Notes: generated by a model from the letters alone, not told the origin. Counted from the stretch's first letter, positions 24,415-38,209 are shown. The stretch: 64,000 nucleotides of DNA from Eledone cirrhosa (GCA_964016885.1 OZ024740.1:356562001-356626000); one strand, 5' to 3'. Program-made: numbers and translations.

Positions 24415-26883
24415 TTATATATTGGGTTTAAAGTTTTGGAATGAGTGTCGGAAGCGGTGCTGGCACGACGCAAACACTTCCGATTTTTTATTAAGGAGGT
24501 TATGGTTTGAGAAGATTATAGTATGGGTCTTTAGTAGACAGAGGTTACAGAATTTATTAGGTGGTTTATACGATGCCGCTTTACCTATCACTTCCTATTT
24601 AAGTGTATAAGATCTACTTTTAGTTTTTAGATAGTGTATGTAGCTAGATAATGAAGTGGAGTTGGCTAGACTGTGTTTTTTGAAAGAATGGAGGTGTGAA
24701 TTGTATCTGGTTTGAAGCCGTTCGAAGTAGAGCCTATATATGTTTCAGAAGAGTAGCTAGTTATGACGGTGCATGAGTATATGATGTCCTTGATTAAGCA
24801 GTTTTTATCTAAAGGGCAGGTTCTATTAGATCTACAGTTACAATTAATTTAGATGTTAACCTGCCGGTTATTATGTTGTGTAGAAGTCTGATTGCTAGTT
24901 ATTGCATTATGGCTATGGGGGTTGTCGCTCTCAGCGTTATTGCTTACACTAGTGCTATTAATTTTATTACTATTGATATCAGGGTTTGTAGATATAACGT
25001 TGTTTTGAAGGTTTACCCCTGCCGTGTTTTAATTTGTTGGAAGTAAGTATTAATTTTTCTTTTATTGCTACTAGCTATGTGGTATGCTATGTTAGGCGTG
25101 GTAGAATAGGAGATTTTAATTGTGTTTTTGTTTATAAGTGTTTAATTGTGTTTTTGTTTATTGTGGCCAGATGGGAAGTTTTTATCCAGGAGTGAGAAGA
25201 AAGCCTTAGGTAGGTTGATAGAGACGTTTAGATTGAAAGGTGGGTTGAAAAATGTATTATTTCTTCTTCTATTTTTGTTTTTTATGTCTGGTGAGATGCT
25301 TCCGTTTAATGTATTTTGGTGACTTCCGTGGTGTGGGTTACGTTTGTTGCCACCCTTCGTACTAGTGTGTGTGTGGTTATTATTCTTATTACTATTTTTC
25401 CTCATGGACATATTGTGCGAAATAATGTTGTAACTATGTGTTTTTGTAGGTAGGAACTCGATCTCATTATTATGGCCTGATCTAGCTAATGCCTGATTAT
25501 AATATTGTGAGTTTTTGCTAAATATGTTTTCGTCATAAGATAGATTAGAGATTCTATTGGATATTCCCTTAGAGATAAAGTTTAATATTGATCTAGGGTG
25601 GTTAGACTTGGTATCTACGTAAATCAGTTTTTCGTTAGGTTTATGGAATGGTGTGTATATCCTAGAGTCTAGGTAGAGGGTGGCATCTAGGAAGTTAACG
25701 TTTTTAGTGTTTTTGTCTATGGTGATACTTAGGTTATAGTTTTTGAAAGTCTTGTGCAATAGTTTTCTAGTTCTTTCTATATTAAATTGTTTATAGTCTA
25801 TAAGGAGAAGTGCATCATCGCGGTACAAACCACCGTTGAGGTATGGAAGGTCTTTATGGATTTCGTTTAGTAAATATAGGCCCACCAAATCAGTGACCTG
25901 CGCCGAGTCACTAGATCCCATGATTATGTCGAAGTTGTTTTGCGTATCCTTGCGGGTCCATAACTGGTCTTCAAAAGTGATTACGGTTTTACGGGCCGCA
26001 AGTATGACATCAATCTGGGGTCTAGTCAGGTCACTATTGTTCATGGCCATAATTAGTGCCTTATTTAATAGGATAGGGGAAATAGAGGTGTAGTATGAAT
26101 TGATATCAAATTGAATAAATTTGTTATCTTTGTTTTCCTTGATATCCTTGAACCATTCAATAACTTCACCTGTATTTCCCCATTGTTTAAGATATATTTT
26201 GTGTTTAATCTGTGGGATGATTTTATCTAAAATGTTCTTACTGATAATGCCAATGTCAGACTTGGAAGGGCAGCTTAGTCTAATCGAGGGGTTGCTAATG
26301 AAATCCTCCTTATGGTCCTTCAGAGAGAATCTAGGGGGGTTTGGGTGTATGGTTGTGTATGTCTCTGAAGTCCTAGTTTGGACACTATACTACGGCCTTC
26401 TATATTAATTTGTTCTAAGTTTTTCATAGTAGTTTTCTTGTAGCTCTTATGTAGTTCATTATATATAAACTTTCTATATGTATCATAATCTAGGCTATAT
26501 ATGTTATTAGTTTTGTCCGTATGTACAATAATTTTACTACTTGTTTTGAATTCATTAATAGAGGAGTTAAGTTTGTTTAAGAAGGTGTTGTTTTTATTAC
26601 GATGCTTTTTGTATTTAATGTTCTTAAGTAGTTTTATTAGGTCATTTTCAAAGGAGTTTAGTAGTGTGTTGTGAGGGAGGCTTCTAAAAGTTTTAAAGCC
26701 GAAGGAGTCGAATTTGTTAGTATTATCAACTTTGTTAGATTTGCTTTTACCATAATGGAATGTCCTCCATCTCACTCTATTGATAAAGGAATTGACACTG
26801 TCGATCAATAATTTGTCGTATGTATTCTTGGATGGTATTGGTATGTTCTTGGTTGACATAGGGAGTTGGTCTTTGATCAGCAT
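24415..26883 (-). pseudogene. Naiad-type PLE ORF: reverse transcriptase + GIY-YIG endonuclease, frameshifted
   Basis: KNIPIPS, RVRW, DKTNNIY, FDIIMGSSDSAQVTDLVG, GLYRDDAL, NFLD, SNHP, FNPPF, CNCR..CPL...CL, YIGS, CNLC, LNKKSE..SCQH. Confidence 0.92.
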
Positions 26884-27437
26884 ACTGGTAATTTATTGTA
26901 TGTTAGCTCAACAGTATGGAGCAGTTAATAATATTAAGGATACTATTTATGGTTATACTAAAACTTTTTATAGTTATATATATTTTAAACTTTCTTTTGC
27001 TTCTCCTTTTTATTTTTTATTTTTCTGCACACATACTTTTTTATTATATACAAAAGATACCTTACCACTACAACCTCCATAATACTCTTACATACCCGCT
27101 TAAAGTGCTTGTATTACATGTAATACCCTGCCACACAATAATCATATATAAATGAGACACACGTGCATTCCCCACGTGTAACTAACGCATACTATAACTA
27201 CTACATCTGATTAACAAACTATCCTCTTGCATTATCTATGTTAACTGCCGAATGTATTTTAATTTTGTTTTAATTTTGTTTTAATTTTAATTTTGATTTT
27301 GATTTTGAATTTGAATTGCTATACATAAATAATATAATATAATATATGTCACTCCATTGTACATCAATATATACATATGTATCTGTATCTCTCTTGCGTT
27401 GAAAGGGAGATCAATTATGTGTACAAACATTGAAAAA

Positions 27438-27484
27438 TGGTCCGAAGACTCCAAGCCTAGGTTTGGATGAAACAATTGGAATTG
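27438..27484 (+). ncRNA. Hammerhead-like motif in the inverted pLTR
   Basis: Mirror copy of 22868-22912. Confidence 0.6.
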
Positions 27485-27660
27485 AATAAATAACTTTGAT
27501 TCTTGTGAATTCTATATAACTGCTCTGTAGAACAACTGATGTTATTACATTGAGCTATTTTTGTTACTGGTAATAAGGTAGTAATAAATTACTGACCTTC
27601 ACTGTTTAGGGTTTAAAATATATATAACTATAAAAAGTGTTAGTATATACATAACAATAA

Positions 27661-27849
27661 AGGGCGGTGGATTGGCAGTATTGGTAGAGGGTCGGACGCC
27701 ATGCTTTGACGCATAGTTACGGCCCTTGCCATTCTGAGTTCAAATCCCGCCGAGGTTAACTTTGCCTTTCATCCTTACGGGGTCGATAAAATAAAGTACC
27801 AGTAATGCACTGGTTAATTGCTGGCCTTGTGCCAAAAGTCGAAACAATA
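27661..27849 (+). mobile_element. Meta/MESC-type SINE inserted in the PLE tail
   Basis: A box-like tggcagtattgg, B box gagttcaaatcc, Meta-like gcctttcatccttacggggtcgataaaataaagtacc; apparent TSD aacaata. Confidence 0.88.
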
Positions 27850-27884
27850 GTATCCTTAATATTATTTATATATATATACATATA

Positions 27885-28070
<186 letters not shown>

Positions 28071-28907
28071 GTGGAGTATAATGAAATACAGACATAAATA
28101 CCGAGATTATCTTTATGTATTTCGGAGACGATTCATTTCTCATAAGAGGATAACCAACACTATGAATATGTTTACAGAATAATATTTTTGAGCATCACTA
28201 TATATATATACCATATATAGGTTATAACCAGGGTGTAAAATGTTATTGAATTGGCTAGTCTAATCTACAAACGTGCATTCGTTCGGCAACGTAATTAGTT
28301 AAATAATAAATATTAAATTACATTTCCAAACGAATGCATGCTAGGAAAATTAGATTGATCATCTCAATTATATTCGATACACTGTTTCTCGTATAGAGCA
28401 TTGCTATTGAAATATCCCTCTGTCCTCTATAGATAAAGCCAATAATGAGAAGACAATAGTCTCCAAATACATGAATGTAAACTATGTTATTCTGTTTGAA
28501 TGGTCTCTAGTGGAAATAGTAAGCAATTTATTATTTTGAGGGTTAGGTTTGTAAGGTAAAGATTGTAGACATATGTATCATTATATTTACCTTAAATCCT
28601 CGAAAATATGCTTTGTGCTAGCTTCCAAATGTTGTATTTAAGATATTTATAGAGAGAGTGAAATGTAAACATGAAGACAAAAATGCACACAAACTGTATA
28701 ATCTAATATTATAAGGTGTATAACAGTAATATTAAACAACAAATATACCTCGAGTCCGACAGATTATAATAATATTAAATCTTAGCACTTATATACAGTT
28801 TATAATAGTTTTATAGTATTAATGATATTAATTACTGTTTGTCATCAAACAGTTGAAGCTTAAAAAGGTTTTCTGTGATTATGCTATTTGAACGTTTTTA
28901 CTGAAAG

Positions 28908-29164
28908 TCTCTGTATATAAAAACGAAAATGGCTGTCTGCATGCAGGCGATGCATTTCCACAGTTTCCATCCGATTTTGTTCAAATTTGATACATGGGTT
29001 ATTTAGCTCTCGGAGCATGTCAACATATAGATTAAACCGTGCTTTGCACTAAAATACCAAAGTTCTGAGGCTATTTAAAGACGGCTCTCTTCATGATAGA
29101 AGGGGAGGGGTCTTTTTTAACAGTGGCGAAAGGTGTGCCCGGCAACGACGGGCTCTTTTGCTAG
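28908..29164 (+). mobile_element. Non-autonomous Helitron
   Basis: 5' TC(TCTGTATATAAAA); subterminal hairpin GCCCG-gcaacga-CGGGC at 29137-29153; 3' CTAG followed by T. Confidence 0.75.
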
Positions 29165-29391
29165 TATGTCATATAATGTTTGCAGATATCGTAGAACGCT
29201 ATAATATACTGCAAAGAGAGAATGCTATGAAAGAACACTAGCGTGATGGTATTAAATTTTTGGATGTAAGAATTCTTATCCCTTATCATTTAAGCATGGT
29301 TTATATATTTTACTAGTAATTTCTCTTTGTGTGTGTATTCCTTGTTGTTCAATAACTTCACCCGAAAATTGAAACTTCCATTGATCCAATT

Positions 29392-31106
29392 CACTGTGTA
29401 ACATATTTTTGATTCCCCGGTTCTAAGTGTCATTTCACGGTTTCTTATATCCCATTATTATAAAAAAAACACTATTATTTAATCAGAAGTTTGGGTTTGT
29501 GGTCAGGAGTTTGATATTTCGAAATTTTCATATTTTTCAAGAAAAAACATATTTCTTTTAAATTTATCAGTTCATATAATTAAATCAACAGAGTATATAT
29601 TTATTTTATTACACAAGCTTATCAAAAGCAAACAAGTAAAAACAAATAACACTTATAAAGCCACGTCAGAAATGACTGGATTTCCTAGATTTGGGGTTGT
29701 AGTCCAGGTCGCATTCCCGCAGTAGCCTCCAGATATAGTCCCCCATCATTTTTTCATTGTAGTGGCCCTGGTACCTCCGCTCTATCTCTTTCACATCTTG
29801 GTGGAATCGTTCGCCTTGTTCTTCTGAGTAGGCGCCCATAGTGTCCTTGAATTTTTCCAGGTGAGCGCCCAGCATATGGAGTTTAAGTGACATCATGCAT
29901 CCATAGCGCCAAAAGCCTTTATCAGATCCTGCACCAGTTGCTGGTAGTTTTCAGCTCTGTAGTTGCCCAGGAAGCCATTAACAACTGCCTTGAAACAGTT
30001 CCATGCTGTTCTCTCAATCCTATTGAGCTTATTGGAGAACTCGGTAGACTCAAACACTTCTTTATCTGAGGTCCAACAAAAATTCCACCTTTGATTTTGG
30101 CCTCAGATAACTTGGGGAAGAACTCAAGAAGATACTTAAAAGCGGCTGATTCTTAGTTGAGAGCCTTCACAAACTGCTTGCTCAACCCCAACTTAATGAG
30201 CACAATCCTGGGATCAACCAGTGACTCCCACATGACGTTCCGGGTCCCAACTACAAATTCTGTTCGCTGCTCCCTGTTCTTTCTTTTGTAGTAGTTAGAG
30301 GTGGCTCTGCTGTCCCAAAAGCAGAGGAAGCATTGGAATTTGATAAAGCCTCCTTGGAGTCCAAGCAGGAAAGCCACCATCTTCAAGTCTCCAATGATTT
30401 CCCAATTGTACTGGTTGTATTGCAGAGCTTCCAAGAGGACTTTCACACTGTAGTAATCTTCCTTCAGGCAGACTGAATGAGCTAGGGGCAGTTTCGGGAA
30501 CTTGTTTCCATTGTGGAGGAGGACAGCCTTCAAACTTGTGGTGGAGCTGTCTATAAATAGCCGCCACTCCTTGGGCACAAACGGAACCCCAATAACATCA
30601 AACAGTCCAGGCACGTCATGGCAGAAGCAGAGGCTATCCCTGAGAGTGTAAAAGCCTGAGAAAGATTTGTGTCGACTTCTCTGACTTGTCACCTGCACTT
30701 ACTCCTTGACCAATTTCCACTGCTTCATCCTGGAGACGAATGCTTAAAACACAACTTACCCTTTATTCAGGGTGCGAAAATCCAGTATCAATAAATCTCT
30801 TTAATCCACTTTTTAACAATGTTATACTTTATTGGACTTTTATAATTTTCTTTAGGTATTACTCTTTATTTTATAATTTTAATTTAACCTGAAACATATA
30901 TAAAAAAAATCATTTAACATAAGCAAATTAAACTTACATACAACGTAAAATCCAGCATACAAATAATTCTAGTGAATAGCTTAGAATTTTTATAAACCCA
31001 AACTTTTAACTGTTTAATAGCACTTTTTTATTTATTTGGGACCTAAGCAACATAAAAAAGTGATTACAAGCCAGGAACAGAGAAAAAAAATGTTTGTCAC
31101 ACGGTG
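29392..31106 (-). mobile_element. Chapaev3-like (CMC) DNA transposon, internally deleted
   Basis: CAC...GTG termini with imperfect TIRs CACTGTGTAACA / TGTCACACGGTG; transposase remnant inside; TSD not clean. Confidence 0.78.
29666..30740 (-). pseudogene. Transposase, C-terminal two thirds, disrupted
   Basis: WRLFIDSS, GDLKMV, CFLCFWDSR, IKLGLSKQFVKAL, MSLKLH, GAYSEEQGERFHQD..RRYQG. Confidence 0.85.
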
Positions 31107-31849
31107 TTATCTAATGTTAGAGCAAATAAGAACTTACATAGCCAACATTGATACATTTATTGGGGATAAATTTGATATCAGCACATGTAGTTAAGTGCAA
31201 ACTAGGTAAACATACTTAACGTAATGAACCAGAAAAAATTTGAATCAAGAAAAATATTTAGCGTAAGTTAAACCGTATTTAATTAAAAGTAAACAGCTCT
31301 TTAAATAGCTAATCACCCTGACAATGACTCCCCTTTTTGAGTGTTCATCACATGGGTTCAACTAACTGAAACCAAATTATATACTATAAACTCAAAGCAC
31401 ATTGAATATAGTAAAAATGGAAACGAAATGAAGTATGTTATGAAGATAAAAAATATTTAATATCTATGCTCAAATTTCTATCTTGAAAATCGCGCTTCTT
31501 TAAAATTATTTTCCAAGAATGACTCCAGAATTCTTTCCAGATGCATTTAGTATATATATGAAAGCTTATGAAATGATAAGGAAAAAAAATGTTTTCTCTT
31601 TCAACTGCGACTTCTAATGTCCATATGTTGTTCCGCATTCAGTATTATTAGTGTGTGAGCTATGAATCATCCCATTCATAAGACACTCATCTAACATGTG
31701 TAATGCTTACACATGGAGACGATAAAACCTGTAAAATAAAATGTCCCACACAAAAACAAGGAACAGTATAGAATATTTTGGTAATCGCTCGACCTGGAAA
31801 TAATTCAGCCTACTATCATAGGGTTTTTCTGATTAACGATAATCTAGAG

Positions 31850-32170
31850 CAGCGTTTCTCAACCTTTTTACCCTTGTGGAACCCTTGAAATAGGTTCATG
31901 TCTCAGGGAACCCCTACATAAAAATTATTATATACCATTATTAATATATATCTCTTATATTGACCTAGTTTTAAATAATATAAGAGGTTGAAGCCTTTCT
32001 TAAAATAAACAAGGATTTTCCGACAATCTGCCGTAAAATTACGAATATAAAATTAAACAAAAATTACTTTTAAGAAATACTTTAGTTTATTTATCACTGG
32101 TTCTCGCGGAACCCCTAGCGACCTCTTTCGGAATCCTAGGGTTCCGGGGAACACCGGTTGAGAAACACTG
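31850..32170. mobile_element. hAT (Charlie-like) MITE
   Basis: TIRs CAGCGTTTCTCAACC / GGTTGAGAAACACTG; 8-bp TSD ATCTAGAG at 31842-31849 and 32171-32178. Confidence 0.92.
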
Positions 32171-32663
32171 ATCTAGAGGAATAACGAAACACAGGCAGTA
32201 ACATGAACTCAATATTCAAGAGTTAATAGCATCTTATCTATTCGGATATTGTGTACCGTCCTCAAAGGATTGTTATAATGTGATATAAACTGGTCTCTCT
32301 TATTATTTATAATATGAAATCGAAAGGAAATATTCTGTCCTTCACCTAATTGTGCTAAAGTAGATTTTAACTGTCACACATAACTCTATTGAAACTATGA
32401 AAACACAGAAATATTAAGAGAAAAGGGAATAGCAAAAGAAGACAGATAGAGGAAAATAAAAACAATAAAATATAGAGAATAGACTGTAAAAGAGGGGGAA
32501 AAGAAAGAATTGCGTTATTTTGGTATTTTTATGATATCTAGAAGATACAAAACGCTTCAGGCAAACAATAAAACAATATTCATTTATCATCCAGAAGACA
32601 AAGAAACATTGGGAAATACGGATAATTATGTTAAATTATTACAAATGATTTCGATTTCTCATT

Positions 32664-32695
<32 letters not shown>

Positions 32696-32701
<6 letters not shown>

Positions 32702-32976
32702 TAATAAAAATAATGAATAAAAACAAAGAAACAGTTCCTTATATTAAAAAATTTTAAAATTCATCATGTTGATGAATTTCATAAATGATGAATTTTTTAA
32801 TATAAGGAACTGTTTCTTTGTTTTTATTCATTATTTTTATTAATTTATCTTGACTCTGTTTTCCTGTGTTTTTCATCGAAAAAAATTTTGAATACATCTC
32901 TTTTCATGATATTTGGATTACATTGAGTTCTTCATACGGATTGGACACTACCGTATATTTTGGTAGATTTATCTAC
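32696..32976. mobile_element. TA-flanked fold-back element (58-bp perfect arms plus one-sided tail)
   Basis: 32696-32753 is the exact reverse complement of 32791-32848; tail runs to (TA)n at 32977. Confidence 0.75.
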
Positions 32977-33050
32977 ATATATATATATATATATATACAT
33001 AGAAATAGACACATAGACAGATACACACGCACACACACATATATAAATAT

Positions 33051-33251
33051 ATAATAATAATAATGAAAATATTGTGTACAGTGCTCAGGTGCACTACAAC
33101 TCATCGAAAGTGTATGTATAGTACATAGGGTAATGTACAAACGTCAGGAAAATGAACAGTGTATGGAAGGGGGACATCATGTGTAGTTTTGGCGTATTTC
33201 GGGAAACATGTGTGTTTTAAACGATGCAGTGTTTCGGCAGCTAACAACTGA
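33051..33251 (-). mobile_element. LINE (CR1/L2 group) 3' end with (TTA)n tail
   Basis: Minus strand SVVSCRNTASFKTHMFPEIRQNYT-stop, then 3' UTR and trinucleotide tail. Confidence 0.65.
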
Positions 33252-34437
33252 CGCAGAGAGAGATAAGGAAAGAGAGGGGGAGAGAAAGAAAATAATGAAA
33301 TGATAGGAAAGAGTGTATAAATTATTACTCTAGAGGGAGATAATAGCAAGAATAATGTATTTCTTGTTTCGAATAATAATTTGATGTGAGAATTAGAGAA
33401 AATTTCTAGTATTATTTGTTTCTTTATTACAGAAATACGGTTTTTGTGAGACACAAAGCTGATTTCTACCACGGCAGTTGCCAATCTATATATCAGCCAA
33501 ATATCTGCCATAGAATCATCTATTCTTATATTTTATAGATTACGAATGGGAATGACCAAGCAAGCTCGAACACCAATCAAGCAGTAAGGTTTGATCCATA
33601 CCGTCACATCTGATAATATATAACGACATTTTCAGTTGTGATGTTTTGGTACTGCTGAGTTGATGTTTATTATTCGATTGTATGCTTAGGCAGTGCAATA
33701 TGTTATTTGCTTTTTCCCTATGTATATCAGAATTCAGTAGAGGTAGCCGCTTCACTGATGCTAGATTTGCAAGTAAAAGTAATCAAATATTCTTCCAGTC
33801 ATGCCCTAGTGTTACGTTCTGTACCACAATGAATTCTCCTCAAAATTACTTTAAGGACACTCCACACTATGGAATACCCAATGACTTACACGTTAATTTT
33901 CTGAACTGGCTGCTCCGTTAATCAAAGTGGAATGATCATTCTTGAAACCGACAGAGGATTATTCGATTAAAGGATCAGCACGATTGCTCGAGTTATAAGA
34001 AACTGTGTCTGCATTCTCCTCAAATCCCATATTTCATTGATTTTAAAGGAAAACATTTGATTAGATAATGCCGTGGTAGTTACCTTATACTTGAAAAAAG
34101 TAATGTTATAGACGGAACTCCTTTTTCATAAAACTCTTCAATCAGATATGATTTAGTTATAAAGAACACCTTCTATACCATAAAATCAACTATAAGTGCA
34201 AGTATTTAAATACTTTATCTTGGTGATACTTTTCCATACGAGCTTCAATGAAAATAAATGTATACATTGATATTTGTAATTTGAAGTTATAAACCATTAA
34301 ATAGGTGGGACACTATATAACGAGCTGACGAAGCATTTCATCCAATCATTTAGCACTGTCACTAAACGATGACAACGACCAGAGAAGGTTAACATAAAAT
34401 ATTTATGCATACCCGGTAAAAGGTTACCACATTAAGT

Positions 34438-34570
34438 AATAATTGTTTCTACTTTTGGCACAAGGCTAGCAATTACCCCAGTGCATTACTGGTACTTTAT
34501 TTTATCGAACCCGTAAGGATGAAAGGCAAAGTTAACCTTGGCGGGATTTGAACTCAGAATGGAAAGGGCC
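34438..34570 (-). mobile_element. Meta/MESC-type SINE, 5' truncated
   Basis: Reverse complement of the 27661 family. Confidence 0.85.
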
Positions 34571-35052
34571 TTGAAGCGCCATTCTGAAGATTTCATTGCT
34601 TGACAGAATTAAATTCCACATCTGAATCTCTTCTCAAAATTCTTTAGAATTCAAAAGAGGTTTTAATCCGATTATTGATTCTGACGTTAATATTAATAAG
34701 TACACTATGTATTCTTGACTATTCTACGTCATTTCATTGACCAGGTATTGTTTGCTGCAGCTGAAATGGGAGACTTAATAGATTTGTATATAGGTCGGAA
34801 AGATTTCGCTCTTTACTGTTAAGGTGTACTAGTAATTTTTAGAAGCATGAATGACAATGCAATGGACGTTGTTAGGGAGTTATGAACATATTGAAACAAA
34901 TATATTCCAAGATTTCAATTACTACAAATATAAATACATTCAATATCTATTATCGTGTACTGATATTCATTTCTACCGTACTGGGGTATATATACCCTGT
35001 AATTAAACTATTTTCTGAAGTTAAACGTTTGGTGAAAGCTTCTAATTCAATG

Positions 35053-35241
<189 letters not shown>

Positions 35242-35730
35242 ATTTAAAGGGCAGCAGATATTCTAACATAAAATAATAGTCGATAACCAATAATATTACT
35301 TAAGAAAATCGGGTAAAGAACGCATAGAGTGGGAAGATATGGTCAGAAGAAGTTATTCACATGCCCACTCTTTACGCACATAGAGCCAAGCTGAATCTAT
35401 TTGGGAATTACTATAAGATAGCATATATCTGTGGAATATTCAGCCAGATATATGTTAGGTTAACGAGCTGGTCGTACTGTTGTTTGAACAGCTGGAACAG
35501 CTTGAATAGCGAAGAAAGACAATATTAAAACACATTAAACTCTAATGGAAAGTTTAAACATTGCACTGTTTTGTGAATGAGATCGTCGGTTTGACATGTT
35601 ACTTCTTGGAAAAACCACAGCTTTTATAGACATTTATGTAAATCTGTAGTTACTCAAAATAATGATACACTGTAGTTATTCAAATAAATGCGCACTTTTT
35701 TCCTTTTTTTTCCCGTAATTTTTCCTGTAG

Positions 35731-35856
35731 TCGTGTTGGCATACGGAGTTTCCTGGGCATTTTAAGCCGGACAGAGCTCAGTTACTCTCCAGGCCTGAGT
35801 ACAGCAGATTTCTTTCAGAGAGCGATGTACACCGGTTTATGTAATTCTTATAATAG
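35731..35856 (+). CDS. Candidate internal exon of an unidentified host gene
   Basis: Long polypyrimidine tract + TAG acceptor at 35730; 126 bp, phase 2-2, open as RVGIRSFLGILSRTELSYSPGLSTADFFQRAMYTGLCNSYN; AG|GTATAA donor; GC above flanks. Confidence 0.35.
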
Positions 35857-36162
35857 GTATAAATGAAAATATATAACTACAATACAAGCGCTGTAAATTC
35901 TGCATTAGTTCTCCAGAGATATTCCATTTTTCTTTAAACTTAGACATCACAACTGCTAAGTTGCTGACCTCTACAATGATGCATAATCAGTACCATAGAA
36001 CAATAGCAAATCTACTGACTTTTTAATGTGTGGTGGTTGCGGGCTGGGTTGTAGGGTGTTCTACCAGTATACTTCTAAATGTGTGGATATATTCTGGTTC
36101 TCATGTGTCTGAATATAAGGGAATAAGTGATAATTGCACTACTATATAGCATATTTATGTGA

Positions 36163-36470
36163 CGGTTCATAGTTTAGTGGCTAGAGCGTTCAGCTTGCAA
36201 TCGTGAAGTTGTGAGTTTGATTCCCGGACCAATTCATGCGTTGTGTCCTGGCGCAAGACACTTTATTTCACGTTGTTCCAGTTCGCTTGGCTGTAGAAAT
36301 GAGTTGCGATGTCACTGTATCGGCCTTAGCTTTTCGCGTGAACAACAATGGTGGCATGGTGTGGGGAGACTGGTATGCATAGGTGCCTGCTGGTCTTCTA
36401 CAAACAACCTTGCCCATACATGTTCCTCAGAGATCATTCGAGACCAAAGGCGGTCTTTACCCCTTTTTTT
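36163..36470 (+). mobile_element. CORE-type SINE
   Basis: tRNA-like head, gcaagacactttatttcacgttgttccagt body; homologous to 21022-21335. Confidence 0.8.
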
Positions 36471-38160
36471 ATAGCATATTTAAGTGTGTGTAGGATACGA
36501 ATATTGATTTTCAATTATTTTTTTATTAATACCAGCGATTTAACTATTAGGGATTGATAACATAAGTACCAATATAACTGCATTCTAATAACTGAAGCCT
36601 TTTAAAGTTTTAAACATTAAAGGTGTTTTCTGTTCGCATATATTGCTTAAATATGTTATCCCTATTGTGTTCGGTTGCTCTAGTAAGTTATTTAGTCACT
36701 GTGTGTGGTATTAACCATGGAATCTTCAGTCAGTAGTGCGAGATTCAATCGACCCATCTATCAGCAGCTCTTCATTGCCAATTAAAACTAAGCGAACAAA
36801 ACGTGTCAGATTATATAACTGCTATAATTTCATATATTTTACTAAATGATTAAGTCATACAATGGGACAGGACGCTATAGATCCTGGATTTCTTCCCCCA
36901 GTTCTATTTATTCCTTTTATGCAGAGTTATAAAATGAGTGTAGTCAGTGTACGAGCAGGAAACGCCCTTTAAAACAGCCCTTCCTAGAAAAAGAGAATTA
37001 TTGTTACTGAAACGAATCAAATGTTTATCAAATTATTTTTAATAGGCGAGAAAGAATTTGTATCTAAAATGTCGACTTTAAACGTTAATACTTAAAATAT
37101 ACTTGAAAAACTTGACAACATCATTTTATAGAGAAATGATAACTTTACAACAACGCACAGCACGTATCAAGAAAAGAAATAATCACGACTCCAAAGCCTA
37201 TCTTAATAGTCTTAACCTTAACAACTATACACCTATGCCATATCCTTGCAGCTATCACTAATTCTTACACTGATAGACATGATACATCCTTGAAGATATG
37301 ACATATCTTTGCGAAACATCTATTGAACATCTCTAAGAAATCCCTCATAAAAAACTGTTTTTCTTTGATGATTATAATGGTAAACCACTTGACAACATTT
37401 TTTTCATGGGATGACGTGGGGAAGGTGAAACCTTTTAGTCGCCGTATACTTTCTTTCATCGCTATAGAAATAGTGAGGTCTAAACTATGAAGCACATTTT
37501 AAGTGTATAGTTTTCCGGTGGTTTACAGCGGTGAACGGTACCTCCTAGTAGTACTATATCACTCTGCATACAACATTACTTCTATGATGAATTACAAACC
37601 GCCCACGCCTCTGTTTGCTGTCCAAAATCCTATCGTATCGGCCATCCAAAACTCTCCATTTCAACTTACTTTAAACGTAACGAATCAGTTGGGAGCAGAA
37701 ATAACAACTAAATCTCCAAATAACGTCTTTAAAATGACGCTATAGCCTTCTGTATATTATTAACGGAATATGACAGGGGGTGGTCAGGTTTAGAACACTT
37801 TACTCCTCGCCATACTCAATCAGGTATAAATTACAATTACACAATCACATTCACAGTTGATCAGATTTTAAATTATCTTACTTCCTTTCCTTTTGCTTTA
37901 TGAAATATATTTTTAGATTGTAATATAAAATGTTTAAATACATGAATATATTTAATTAAGAATTTGAAGGAGAAAACACACAGCTGGTTGATAATTGAAG
38001 TTGTCAAATAATAGTATTTTAAACCCTAAATAGTGAAAGACAGTAATTTATTACTACGTTATTACCAGTAAGATAAATAGCTCAATGTAATAACATCATT
38101 TGTTTTACAGAGCAGTTATATAGAAATTACATGAATCAAAGTTCTGTTTAAATCATTTAT

Positions 38161-38209
38161 TTTCTTACAATTGTTTCTTCCAAACCGAGGTTTGATGTCT
38201 TCGGAGCAA
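38161..38209 (-). ncRNA. Hammerhead motif (U4C), mutated copy
   Basis: TTGCT-CCGAAGA-CATCAAACCtcGGTTTGGAA-GAAA-CAATTG-TA-AGAAA. Confidence 0.6.

Larger units (their letters stand above)
22824..27866 (-). mobile_element. Near full-length Naiad-type Penelope-like element with inverted pLTRs, between (TA)n arrays
   Basis: 22824-23363 is the reverse complement of 26988-27513; right arm runs on to 27866 and is interrupted by a SINE; RT + GIY-YIG ORF inside. Confidence 0.92.

Noticed and set aside
37265-37745. Two short ORFs (76 and 80 aa) in non-repetitive-looking DNA
   Set aside because: No recognisable motif or splice context; could be an old TE but unsupported
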